Below, in pieces: positions 24,061 through 37,603 of a stretch of DNA of 64,000 bases (position 1 is the first letter of the stretch; the number at the start of each line of letters is the position of its first letter). Position numbers and translations under genes: made by a program. The stretch is taken from assembly GCA_951406725.2 (NCBI GenBank), contig OX597818.1, positions 5,022,001 to 5,086,000 of the forward strand, in the 5' to 3' direction. A model generated the notes under the pieces. The model searched no databases and was not told the DNA's origin. It was given only the letters and a program-made list of their open reading frames with translations. Source of the DNA: Octopus vulgaris (lineage: Eukaryota).

Positions 24061-27000
24061 CATATATACATACACACATATATATACACACTACACACGC
24101 ACACACCCACACTACACAGACACAGACACACGCATACATATGGGACAAAGAGCACATATTTCAGGGAAGATAGAATGTCTTAAAGTATATTCAACTAGAT
24201 ACAATCCACTACAATTTTCGCCAGTGACACTTGTTTTATTAAAATATAATGTAAACATGCTAAACTGCATATTTATACCTTTCTGTGTATTAGAAGGGTA
24301 TTAATAGTATGTCTGTGGACACGCCAGTTGCTGTGTAAAAGATAGACATACTTTAATCTATGCAGTAAAATATACTCTAAGCTAGATATTTTGTCCCTGG
24401 AAATGCATGACCATTGAACAGCTCGTGAATGCTATGATTCAAAAATACTGGACATCAAATAAACTACAAAATGAAGGTACGTAATAAGCACAAGTTACCG
24501 TGCAGTAACTTTTCGGCTTGCCTGCAATTCTTGAAATAAAGGCTGCTACTCGCTTAACCACAAAATGTTAATCAGTTATTCACATCACAGATGATGAGCA
24601 TATTAAACCTATTGGGAAAGGGCAAATTAATGAAGTTGTCAATTTATATATCATAATTTATATATCACCAAATCAAAATAACTTTATTAGAAAGTTAGTG
24701 AAAATGCATATATAGATTCATCGATGCATCTATGTAACGATGTATACATACATGCATAGGTGCATACATACTTTACGTATAATGTCAAATTCAGTCCCAT
24801 CTGTTCAGGTAGACTTCTATTTTGTAATTAATACAATCCCCTACAATTTACGCCACTCATACTAGCCTGGTAATAACTAATTATCTTCTTCGGTTAAATA
24901 TTACTGCCAGTAATGAAATAGTGAAAGTTAAATGACACTCAACACGTGCCGTTACTACTACAAACGATGGTTGAATAGGAGACTGAAGCAAGCAGTCGCA
25001 GTTCTCGGAACTATGAAGAAAAATCTCAGTGAACGTTTTAACGGAAACGAAATCTCTCTCAATTCTAGACTGGGGCAAAAGACGCTAGAGAAGTTACCGC
25101 GATTGGCTAAATGACAGAACGAAGATTAACTAGGATCTAAAATATCCCAGCTACTTGCATTTCAGAGCCAAACATCTATGTCAATAAGCAACCTTCGTCA
25201 ATAAAAACACATTGCTCTTATCTCTACAAATCATGAAAATCGCACGTTAAGAGGACCCAACAAGATCGGTGAATACTTCTGAAAAATGAATGTAAACGTG
25301 AACCGCTTCTGGTATGAAAACATTAAAAGTATATGTCATCATTACAAGCATGAGCGGCAACTAGTTAGGAACACACAGTGGTAATGAGAGGGGAATATAA
25401 GAAGCTGAAAGCAAAGAAACCATCAAAATTCAAAGAAAATTTTACCATCCGCATTACTAAACAGTAACAGGAATGAACAATTACAACTGGAATTGAAAGG
25501 AAACATACTCACTCCATGTTATCGACGATAGACCACGCAGAACCTTAGGAACAACTAGCAGAGCTCGAAAATGTTAATTTTGGGGCATTGAACTATGTTC
25601 TTTACTCTTCTACAATTAACATTCGGTAATAAATGAGAGTAATGAAAGTCAGTCGTAATGAGCAAATAACAATGAAAATGGATGATCTATCTCCTGATAA
25701 ATATCGAGAGACACATAAAACTTATTGGACAATTAGGCACTATCATTAGGTGTGAAGTGAGTAATAAACTGACTAACTATGGACTGTGACTTTATGACAA
25801 GCTATCTAAAGTCAATGTAACCGGCGACAAGTGTCACGAAACCTGCAAGTTAATTAACCTTAAACACGAACTGCGAGGGCTAAGTAAAATGCTTCGTTAT
25901 CCAGAAAAAAAATACGAGAACGGAAGGCAGTCAGTTGCAAGTTTTTACTAAATCCAGAACATCAATGTATTAATATCATAGATGCTCCTCTCCAAGATGA
26001 TCCTGAAGAATTTTAGAGACGGATCGAATAGTGCTATAATGATGCAATTTGATTATAACATTTTCTTCATGAATGATGCAAGGAAAATGTCTCCAGTCAT
26101 GTTGTTCCCCGCTTATTATTACCTATTCGTTATAGTGGATTTTGTAACACTGCCATGTTACACTATTTTAAAGATTCTTGAAAACTTCAGATCACCGTCT
26201 AACGCCTTGAGAAGTATCAACACTAACATAAAACAGGACATAATCTCTAAGGCGAAAAACTCTTCTTTATAAATTGTTAAAATTTCTAGCTCAAGTATTT
26301 GGATGCATTAGGTAGTTGTGACTTCAAAAACTTATTTGTGTGCCAGGTTGTCAAACAAAGATGGAATTGTTTCTAAAACATACCTAGAAAACAACGTCCA
26401 ATACAAAAATCATTCGTACACACCTCAACATAGAAATGTAACATGACAGAAAAATCAACTAGAAAATCTAATTTGAAAATCTGTATACATTGAGAAGGCA
26501 AGCTGTGTTTACTCGTTTTGCTTTTGGAAAAGAGAGGAAAAGTGAATTATAGACAAACAACACCCACTAATTGCATTTTTCTTCGATTATATATGACCAA
26601 CCGTTTTTGGAAAGATTCTTATCTACATCTTAATATTCGAGAGATATAACTACTTGTAATATATAATCCGGTTGTTGTGTCCTGAAATATTTTGCCGTTG
26701 GTGGCAAATCTATCAATTATGTATGCATGTATGTAATGAATGCATGGAAAAAGAAACATTTTAATAAAAAAGGACGACTTTGTTATTAATGGAACTCAGA
26801 CTTTTTATGAGTTCGGAGTATTTTATGGTGAATGACATTTGAGGTGAATGAGATTAATTGCATAGTTGCGTTTAAACCTCTATCACATTTTTTGTTTCCG
26901 TTTCCATGCGCACTTATGATTCACTGTTAATTTTGAATATATCGTTTACTTGGTACGGCGTCTTATTTGATTTGTGATATAACTGTCTTATTGAATTGAA

Positions 27001-28349
27001 CTGTATTTAATGATGCAGATATTGAAATTAAGGTCATCGTGATTATCCGAGTCGTCATTTATACGTGAGGTTATGAAGTTTTGAGAAGGATATTAGAATG
27101 ATATTGACACAATAGCTGAATAACCAAATTATTTCTTTTTATTTGTTTTGCTTTATTTCATGTCTTTCATAAATAAATATGTAACAGCCATAGGTATGGT
27201 GTTCGTGGCTTAATTTTCGGTGAATATGTGTTTTAATGTGTATAGTAACCATTTGCTAAATTATTTAACCTCAGTGCGTTCATTTATATGTAAATGCACG
27301 CACACATATAGGATTTTCTTTTCCTTAATTCTTTGCGCCATAGTGTCCATAGTTTTAGTATATATGCAATGATTTTCCATACACCTTCAGTGGTACTAAC
27401 ATTTTCTGTTTTCCCTCTAGCATGAAAGGAAACAAAATGAAAACTAAAAAAGTTAATACAATGTTATTTATTATAGCTATGTCTGAAAGAGTCGCTTATC
27501 TGAGTTTGACATTTTTGGTCTTACAATGACAGTTGTTGAGGGAATTGAAACTCCTTATATACTCATCAATAGGTTGCGATTGTGTGATACTGAAAACAAT
27601 TGAGTGGGGCAATTTTCAGTTATATAGGTAGGCAGGTGACGCTTCAAGGAAAGATAGATTTTAAAATAATTTGCGAATATCTATTGATTTCTTAAAAGCA
27701 TTTCTTTAGACATTTTTGGGTTGGACAAATTTTTATAGGGATTTTTCTTTGAAACATGTGGAGCTTATCAATGAATATATCAATGTGAAAACTATTGCTG
27801 GGATATTTGAATTACGGAATCATATATTCTTTATAAAATGTGTTATGGATCATGCACCTTAAGTTGACAAATGTAATATTTATGTATATTTATAAAAGGA
27901 AACGGGTTAAACAAAACAGAAAGTGGGAAGTAAGTTGTGACACTTCCCATGGCTTGTAATCTATGTATGTCTCTTTCTTCTCTTTTTAGTTATTCCTAAG
28001 AATTATGTGGTGCAAGAGAAAAATACCAAAATTGCTGTGCCACGGACGCTTATTGTGGTTGAATCACATGAATACAGCTGTCTTAATAACTCCATAAAAA
28101 CATTGTTTATCTCTTAATGGCGTACGATTTCCGGGGAATTGTTGCCAACCTGAAGTTATCTCCACTTTCCAATCGTGTACTATTATACATAGATACCTGC
28201 CTGCCTACCTACGTACCTACGTACGTACGTACGTACGTACCTACTCACCTACATACATACATACATACATACATACATACATACATACATACATACATGC
28301 ATATATACATACATACATACATACATACATACATACATACATACAAACA

Positions 28350-29160
28350 TTTGAAGTTATGTGGAAATTTGAAAAAAAATGAGGCAGTCGGGATTTAGAT
28401 AAAAACAATTTATTGAGCGCGTTTGTCCCTTTGAGGGATTCATCATGAATATTTTTATAGAAAATTCAAAACTTTTGTTTATATGTTAGTTGGATTTGCT
28501 TTCTTGTGTTTTGGGAAGAGGTCGATTTGGAAGGGGTTGAGATGTTCTTCGTCATTTCGAATCTCTATGTGTGTATATATATATATATGTGTGTGTATAC
28601 ATGTGCGTATATGTACATGTATGTGTAAGTATGTGTGTATGTGACGAAATTTGGGATGCTTGCTTTGAGAGAGAAAAGGAAAAATAAAAAAATAAAGGGG
28701 TGTTTTTCTGGTACGGTTGAAATTGATGACATGTCAAAATGGTCAAATTTATTAATTTCCATAAATTTCATTTAGCATTGTGTAAATGTAGTTCTTTTCA
28801 GTTGTCATCTGTAAAAAGTAAAATCTATCAAATTGTTTAGAAAGGTTTTGAATGAGCGTGTGAATCTGTGTGTGTTTAAGGGTATGTGTGTGAGAGAGTG
28901 TGTTGTGTGCTGATTACTTGAGTGAATTTTTCCAGTTATCTTAAGAACAATAATTAGTACATTATTAATAATGATATTCAGTGGTAAACTAGTTTGGTTC
29001 ACATGGGAAACTAATTTTTTAAATAGTGATTTCCCGTGTTTATAAATATATTTTACACGTTTATTTTAAGTAAGAGGTTTTTTAAAAATGTAGTTCCATT
29101 GCCTTCCGGTACTTTATATCATCCCTTTGGCATCTGTAGAAACGAAAGATCTTGAATCTG
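28350..29160 (-). mobile_element. Penelope-like 3' end with degenerate HHR
   Basis: FYRCQRDDIKYRKAMELHF..KPL resembles a GIY-YIG C-terminus (~29070-29145); 28411-28451 (-) reads atgatga-a-tccc/ggga-c-AAAC-gcgc-tc-aata. Confidence 0.6.
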
Positions 29161-29214
29161 CTGTTTCTGCATAATTCTAGGTGCCTGCTCAGCGGAAAAT
29201 TACGTAATTCTTTT

Positions 29215-30135
29215 TGTCTGATTTCTGGTTCAGCCTTAATTCCTTAGTAGCTCCAGTTGTTACTTATAGCTTCAATGTGCTGAACTGGATTATCAGAGAA
29301 ATAAGAAAATTGATAGAAAATTTTAAGGTGGAGTACTTGCGCAGACTGAGACTGATCCTTAAGTCAAAATTAAACGGACGGAATAAGATTGAAGCTATCA
29401 ACACCTGGACTTAGATATGGAGCGGGAGTAATCGCATGGACAGTAGACGAACGAAACAGCTTTGACAGAAAGACAAGGTAGTTGTCATATTAGCATATTA
29501 ACAGTCAATGTACGCCACTAGCCCAGAAAGAATATAAGAGATGTCATGACAATATAGCCAGGATTGTCCATTGAACACTTTGCAACAAGTATGGACTTGA
29601 CAGAGCAAAAAAGTGGCACGATCATAAACCCGAAGGCATCATCGAAAATGATAATGCAAAGATCCTATGGGATTTTATGATTCAGTGCGGCTATGAGATA
29701 GAGAATAGGAAGCCAGACGTAGTCGTCAGACATAGTCTTAATTGAGAAAGAAAGCAAACTATGTTGGATCATAGATATAGCATGCCTAGGTGGCAACAAA
29801 GTATGCGATAAAGAAGAAAACAAGTTGAGAGATATGACAGGTTATGTTGGGAGTTTAAGCAGTTGTGGTCGCTGAAAAATATGGTAGTAGTACCAATAAT
29901 TACTGTAGACCTGGGAACAGTGAGTAAAAATCTTGAGAAGTACGTGGAATAAATAGGGGCTGCAATAAAGGTGGAGCACTTTTAGAAAACAGCCATGCTA
30001 GGAACTGCTCGAATACTCTGGATGGTGCTCGAAAAATAAGGGGTGTTACCTTAGTTCACTGGTAGTGAACAGCTGGCACCGTAGTACATCTCCAGCGTTG
30101 GAAGCTGTGCAAAGACAATAAATAGTAATAATTTT
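29215..30135 (+). mobile_element. R4/Dong-like LINE 3' portion (internally deleted)
   Basis: EYLRRLRLILKSKLNGRNKIEAINTW; CTPLAQKEYKRCHDNIARIVH; KILWDFMIQC..RKPD..IIDIAC (PD..D endonuclease); ends in a TAA-rich spacer. Confidence 0.85.
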
Positions 30136-31795
30136 GGCACGTGATGCAGTGCGAACGTTACATGATCGTACATTGGCGGCTAATTAGGGAACCCTACTAT
30201 GCTTGCTTGGTGAGGAGTGTGAAATACTTTTTGGACGACCTGCAGGAAGAAAAACTAAATCCAGCAAAGGGCAGCGGAATGCAGGAGAGTTGATGGCCAT
30301 CCAAAAACGTGTAGGCAGACCTGGTTCGCCTTGGTTGGCAGTCTGTCTAGGAGAAGGAACACTCTAATTTAAAAACTGGAGCATATAGTACTCTTTAGTC
30401 ATCTTGATGACGAGTTGGTAGATGTCAACAGCTTCACTCTTGTGAAGGACAATGAACTGCAAGTCGGTAGCCAACTTCCGAGTAATAGTCGGATTAAGAT
30501 ATGGAATACACCGAGGTTATCTGTTTCTCAATGCAAACCATGGACATTATATAGCTGTTCCCATGGTCCCCAACACTCAGAAATGAAAATGTGAATTGTC
30601 CCAACTTATGGGTAGTAAGAGCTCTTCATTCTGGGTTGGCAATCTTTCTAGAGATGGTGTCTGCATAAAAATACTGCTTGGTGGCAAACCTTAAACCGCA
30701 AACCTCAGTATAGAGTGAAAATGTCCAATGCAAGTGTATCGAATCACGGTGTAAATGAAGATGGAATCAGCGGTGAAAGCCTTTCGCCCAGCAGGTGCCG
30801 TGCTTCCGAGCAGCACAGGTCTGGTCGTCACCCAAATGCTGCTTATGCTCAAAATCAGAGGCAGAGAAAAAGATAGCAAAAGGAGGCAAAACGCACTATT
30901 ATCAATTACAGAAGTGAACGCAGTAGAAGAGGATTCTGGAAACGTATATCAAATTGAAGTAAAATAGGAAGCTTTGAGATGAGTGAGTAACCGTTAGCCG
31001 ACCAGGCAAGAGCAATAGGAACAAATGGGTGGTTAACAGACAAAGAAATTGAATTCAAGAAATAAAAAAGGAAAATAGAAAAGTCTTAATATTTCACCAG
31101 CTGATAGCGTGCCTATTGAGGACAGAGAAATGAATGGTGGCGATGAAGATTTTAAAGCAAATTTTGCGTTGTCAGCAATGACAAGTAATGAGAAGAGGTA
31201 TATTACAAGAATGATGATGATTAACATGACATAGAAGGGATGATGTTTCGATATATATTAATGAAAACCAGGAGCAAACACTTCCGAATCTGAGATATTT
31301 AATCTAACAACAGAAACCGAGAAAATAGATTCTGTTCTTGGACTATATCAGGCGGTAAATATAACTGAAACCCACAAGATTATCAATGAGAGAGGGTTGT
31401 ATGCTAAAGATTAGAACAAGCAGTATGCAAAGAATCATATTGGCGTAGACGAATTTGTGAGAAACAAGACATTTGGGACGAGTTGATAGACGGAAAAGAG
31501 GGTGATTGCAAAACGAAAGCATAAGGATAAAGCTGGAAAGAACATATAGAATAACATATAAAGGATATGACCTGATATCGGAAGAACTGAAAGAAAACGC
31601 AGTAGCAATCAAGGCAAAATTGGAAAGCTATGACAATAAAACAAAACCATTCAGGCCAAAAGATTATTTGAAGCTAATCAGAGAAAACTGTTTAAGGAAT
31701 TAGATTGGCAAATTACTCCTAACAGTGGTACCTGATAGAGACGAAACAGACTTTTTTGGAGTGGGGAAATCTGGGATCAACATGTAAAGTATGAA
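30136..31795 (+). mobile_element. 5' UTR and N-terminal ORF relic of an R4-like LINE
   Basis: UTR motif GGCAGTCTGTCTAGGAGAAGGAACACTCT; ORF relic KESYWRRRI..KLERTYRITYKGYDLISEELKE..AKLESYD. Confidence 0.6.
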
Positions 31796-32159
31796 GACAG
31801 ATAACTGAGTTCACTTCTGAGCCATTTCGCATTTACAGTTCGGTTTGCCTCCTTGTCGCACATTTTTCTCTGCCTTGATTTTGTGTATAGACAGTCTGTG
31901 GGTGACATCTGGGCCTGTGCTACTCATCCACAGAGCAACTGCCGGGTAAAGGACCTTCACCGTTCGTTCTAGCCTCATTCACACCATGATTCGACACATT
32001 GGGCACTTGCCACTTATATGATGTGCGTTGCTGAGGCAATTGTAACCGTCCTAGTTTATTGTAAATTTTGGATATCATTACTATAGTAATATCCTAAATT
32101 TCTAACTAAATATCTAATTAGGTGTATATGCTTATTAGACTACCTGCTAACTTTTGTGG

Positions 32160-32872
32160 TTTCAGATTGAAAGAGCCAACTTTGTGGTTCCAGATTAAAG
32201 GAGACGATCAAACACTGCTTGCCACAGCTAACTAGTATGCACAATGCAGTCGAAATGTAAAGACATTTTGTTTGCTCGGTATACAATAAAGTTTTGTGTT
32301 AAACTGGGTAAAACCGATACACAAAATTATCAAATACTCCAAACTGATTATGGATTGCGTTGTATGAACCAAGCATTCTGCTTTTTGCTGGCACATGAGG
32401 CCAGGCAAAGTAAGCCCAGCGGAAAGCTCACGATGGTTCCCTTTTTCGACAGCAAGGAAATCAACTACATGTACTGGTTTCATTCTGGTCAGACGGTCAA
32501 CAAAGTGTAATTTGTGGACGTTTGGTGGAATTTAGCAAGAAATTTCGCCGCAGAAGGCTAGGGTACCTACACCAGGACATTGTGCCAGTCTACAATTTCA
32601 TCGTGGTAACCAACAACTTATGAATGAGTGACATCAAAATCCACTCCTACACCATGGACATTGCTTCCTATGACTTTTGATTATTCTCCAGGCTGAAGGA
32701 GTATTTAACAAGGATTGAGGACACCTCCGCGGAGTCATCAGGACGTGGCTGGAATACTACAATTGTACTGAAGTTAGACGATCCTACCTCGAATGAGATA
32801 AAGTTTTACTCTTTTTTTAAAATCGTAAATATCTCTCCTGAAAATGCCTAAAAGCTTCTGGCATGTAACTCG
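32160..32872 (+). mobile_element. Degenerate mariner
   Basis: IKFCVKLGKT..FFDSKE..GQTVNK..HQD..DIASYDF motifs. Confidence 0.7.
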
Positions 32873-33139
32873 CATATATGTATGTGTGTGTATGTGTACA
32901 CACACACATGCACAAACACACACACACACGCGCGTGCACATATATATATTTAGAGTTAGAGAGAGAAATCTATCCTAATGTTATGTCCAGTACCAGGAAG
33001 ATTTCTAATATATGATGACATCAGGTAGCCAATAACTGTGGACGAGCTTTCTACTGCATTCGACGAGGAGTTTTGCCCGAATTTTGTTTAACTAGAATCA
33101 ATCAATTAATTAATATGTCTGTCTGTCTGTCAGTCAGCC

Positions 33140-33196
<57 letters not shown>

Positions 33197-33197
33197 G

Positions 33198-33278
<81 letters not shown>

Positions 33279-33334
33279 TTATCTAGCTAGCTAGCTAGCT
33301 AGCTATCTATCTTTATATATATATATATATATAT

Positions 33335-34320
33335 AGTTCAAATTTACGGAAAAGAAACACGATCACTGGTGAGGGAACAACAAGCAGGGGTATTGGTTTG
33401 ACGTTCGGGAAGGATGGAAAAGTCTTTGACGCTTCGAGTCTGGGATATTTGACAGGAAAAAATTGAGAGGTAAAAAATGGACAGCGAGCGTAAAAGAGAA
33501 AAAATAAAGGAGAGAGAAAAAATTAGTAGGAAATAGCGTTTCTAGATTATAAAGCGACCGGAAGAAAGAGGCTAAGTAAGAGGGAGATAACGCTGACACG
33601 GCTGAACTAGGGTGCGTAAACGCGTGTGTGTATATGAGGATTGTGTATGTAAGTGTGTATGTGTGAATGGGGACGAGCGCGCGTGGATATATGTGTGGGT
33701 ATGTCTAAAATTAGGTGGGTCTTCGTGTGTGTGTTTGAGCATGTGTGTATGTATATAAGCAAATAAGTGCCTGCATTTTACGGAGTGATGTGCGTGTCCG
33801 TGTCAGCGTATATGTGCATAAGGAGACATCTCTGTGCATATGGGGGAGTGTGTATGCATATGAGGGCGTGTGTGTAAATGTATAGGTAACCTAGTACGTG
33901 CGTTGTATGGAGTGATGTATGTAGAATGATGTGGAGTGTGTGTGCATGTGTATTTGTGCGTATGGATGTATGTATATGTGTGTGAAGCTATCGTGTGTGT
34001 GTAAGTGTGCAAACGCTTGTGTGTAGCAGTTGGTGTGTGCTTGTTCGAGTGGTGTGCGCACGTGTGTATGCGTGTGTATGTGTTAATGTCTGAAGTGTGT
34101 GTGTATGTGTGTGTGTGTGTGTCACACTATAGTATGCATGTATATTGTGTATGTTTATGTGCGAAAGTTTTATGCATTTTTGTGTTGTTCGCGTGTGCAT
34201 TGTGTATGCTTTTTGGAGTGAATACTGTGTTGTGGGGGAGTGCACAGAGGTGCGAGACATATAGACATGGATATGTATATATATATACATACATACACAC
34301 ACACACAGACATTTATACAT
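33335..34320 (-). mobile_element. PLE-derived element: pLTR head plus degenerate (GT)n body
   Basis: 33335-33540 is homologous to 49820-50020 and 57895-58110, including a decayed HHR at ~33421-33457. Confidence 0.55.
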
Positions 34321-35399
34321 GCTTACGTATATACATTATATATGTGTGTATGTATATAAAAAGTGAGATAAAGCAGGGAATAAATAAAGATAAATATATA
34401 AATAACAATATTTAGATCAGTAATTTATCAATCCAAGATATGATTCAAAACCCTTTCCAAGAATATAGTGCTGTTTCTAAGTTAAGCACAACCTCTCCGC
34501 GCCGATATCTTTGTTATACATGTTGCTCTGCAATATATTAAGTTCGTATAATTTGTACCAATATTTATTATTATGCAGTTTTTTTCTTTTTATGTATTTC
34601 GCTTGATGAAATACACCATGACTGCAAACTCAAGTGTTAATTTGTTGCATACTCGTAGTTTCCAGCAGGAATTGCGATGTTGTTTATGCATAATTACTTG
34701 TTTCTGGTTGGATCTACTTCAACTAAGAATGTTACCAAAAACTCAATTCAATCTGCAAATTAACAATTTTCTTCCAGAACCTAATAAAGGATACCATGGG
34801 ATAAAGTAGATAGCACTTTGCAGATAACACGTCGTGTATGAATTAATTATGGTTATATTATTTAATTTACTCTGTATTTTCGAATAAGCAAAAAGGATAG
34901 CTCATTGTTTACAAAAATATCGGATTTAGCTCCTGGGAAATATGTATTACGGTTTACACACAAAGACAGACTCACAAACAGACATAGGAGGAAGCAAAGA
35001 CAGAGAGAGAGAGGGAGAGAGAGAGAGCAAGAGAGAGAGAGAAAGAGAGAGGGGAAGAAAGAAGGGAGAGAGGGAAGGGGCGAAAGAGATTGTTACATAG
35101 TAAGATAAAATTGCTATATAGTTGTATATGTTTGCCCCACTACAAACACGCATACGCACACACATTTACACACACATACGTAATTAAACCTCGGTTGTGT
35201 GCAGTTGAATGTTTACCTAAACTGAAACTGCAATGCTAACGTTAAAAAAAAGAATGCAATGATAAGCAATTATATTCGAGTTATATTAAAGAAAGTGAAA
35301 ATTCCAATTATAACGGAAACAGCATTGTCCATTGCACATTTGAGAGGATTTTTGCACATTTTCCTTGAAGTCAAGCAAACACGTATAAGTAACCTTCGC

Positions 35400-36038
35400 A
35401 CCGAGTATCAAAATACTGACGTCAAATACTAACATCATGACTGCTGTTCAATAAGGCTGAAAGACGTAACACAGACATCCTGAAAACGAAGTTCTCCGAA
35501 ACTGTGATTTTTGGTGTCTCCAGTTGGGAGGGGGGTGTCATACCGCGCAATGTCTGAACAGGGCTTTGGACTCAATTCAGACGGTTTTTGTAGTTGCTGG
35601 AAACTGTGGTCGAATCTTGGTCCTTTGCTGCTAGAAGGCCTCCCGAAAGAGTTAGAAGTGGTTGTTGGAAAATTTCTACGATTTCACCAGCCCAATTTCT
35701 AGCCTCCTAATTTTTCTGATAGTAACTCTGTGGATTAACATGTAAGAAGCGAGGTTAAGGATAATACCAACCACTCTGCTTGCAGCACCAAGGACGAGCT
35801 GATGGCCAAGGTCAAGGACGTGTTCTTCTCAGAGATAGAGTTAGGAACTCATGCAGCAGATTCCGGAGTCGTCTTGCGGTTGTGGAGGAAGCTGGGAGTA
35901 GCTATTTTGAATAAACTGTTATCTCACAGCTATAATTTAGTTAATATTTTGATTTTTAAAAATACTTTTAATTTTGGATGAGATATCTTGTCTTCTTTTC
36001 CTTTTATGTAAACTGTCAAATTTAGCCCGAACACCCTG
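35400..36038 (+). mobile_element. Degenerate Tc1/maT-like fragment
   Basis: Transposase C-terminal remnants; ends CCCGAACACCCTG, resembling the 20084 terminus. Confidence 0.55.
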
Positions 36039-37254
36039 TGGTATCGTGGAAAACCTGCTAAACTACGGTATTTACCTTGAAAAAACACTTGTTAAAGCAT
36101 TAAAATGACAGAAATATATCAGCAGACAACTAAAAACAGCCAGCACTGGTGTTGACGTTATTTATTATTTCTGCTTCTTTGAGCTTCTGCCGCTAATAAC
36201 GAATTCAGTCGGATGGCTAAAAGCAATATTCGATTGCCCACCGATACTGGGCGCATTTTTTTTCTGTTGCTGCTGTACTTATGTCTTGCTGTTTTTTAGG
36301 AGATTCATTGCGCCAAGTGCTAAATATATATTTTTTTAACTGGGCAAGTGTTGACATCTTAATGCTTAAGTTGGAAACAAATTCACACCGCATTTTTGAA
36401 CTGAGTAAGCATGTACGACTGCTTGACAAATTATGCGATAAAACTGTTAAGTTCTTTATAACTTAAATGTATGTAGAGGGGCTAACAAGGGATTTTAATT
36501 GAGAGGAAAAAGGGATATTTTAAGCGTAACCATTGTAGAGGGTCTCACTGTTGATACACTCGTGAGAATTTCAAAGATATGATTGAACTTTATTATTGGT
36601 TTCTTTACACCTTCATTCACGCCGTTTCTTAAATGGTATCTTTCGTAGTTTGAATGCATGGCATTTTTTAATAATATTAACACTTCGACTGCAAAATTAA
36701 GTTTCATGGTCATTCCCAAAATGATGATAATTATACATCAAAAATTAAGATTGGTATTTTCTGCTTCTGCAATTATTTTTCCGTATCATATCTATGAAAA
36801 CATTTCAAAAATTTTGAAAAGTTGTCTTTTCTAAAATGTGTCTTAGCACTATCTTCTCACTGTTTTCTCAGAATTTTCAAAGGTGTTTAGCAGAAAATGT
36901 ATTCCGGCTTCGATTTGCTTCTTAAGTGTTTCAGTTTAAGGCATTATAATATCTCGTATTTCAGAATATTTATTAGCCTATCGAAGATCAAGGTTAAATC
37001 TTTTTGCTGAGGTGAGGGACTAAGAACCTATTAAATACAGGGATCTGTTTTTCTCTTACACAAAGAACTAATCATTTATTGACTTAAATCTGAAATTTTC
37101 TGAATCGCTCAAAAGGCTTTCTTTTATGGGGGGATTTATTAATAAGTTAAAGTTCAAAACAGTAACGAGCTTTCTGTTTGAAAGGATATGATAAACTACC
37201 TTTAATCTGCCACAGAAGAATTAAAAATCATTGTCTTTAGTCTAGTCTTTTAGT

Positions 37255-37603
37255 CTTTTACTTGTTTCAGTCATTTGACTGCGGCCATGCTGGAGCACCA
37301 CCTTTTAGTACTTATTCTATCGGTCTCTTTTTGCCGAACCGCTAAGTGACGGGGACCTAAACGCACCAGCATCGGTTGTCAAGCAATGCTAGGGGGACAA
37401 ACACAGACACACAAACACACGCATACACATATATATACATATATACGACAGGCTTCTTTCAGTTTCCGTCTACCAAATCCACTCACAAGGCATTGGTCGG
37501 CCCGGGGCTATAGCAGAAGACACTTGCCCAAGATGCCACGCAGTGGGACTGAACCCGCAACCGTGTGGTTGGTTAGCAAGCTACTTACCACACAGCCACT
37601 CCT
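37255..37603 (-). mobile_element. tRNA-derived SINE, near complete
   Basis: - strand GGAGTGGCTGTGTGGTAAG (A box), GGTTCAGTCCC (B box), internal (TG)n, AAAGACT-repeat tail. Confidence 0.9.

Noticed and set aside
25410-25490. IQRKFYHPHY resembling a trypsin-family segment
   Set aside because: No following DIALL, and no His or Ser catalytic motifs.
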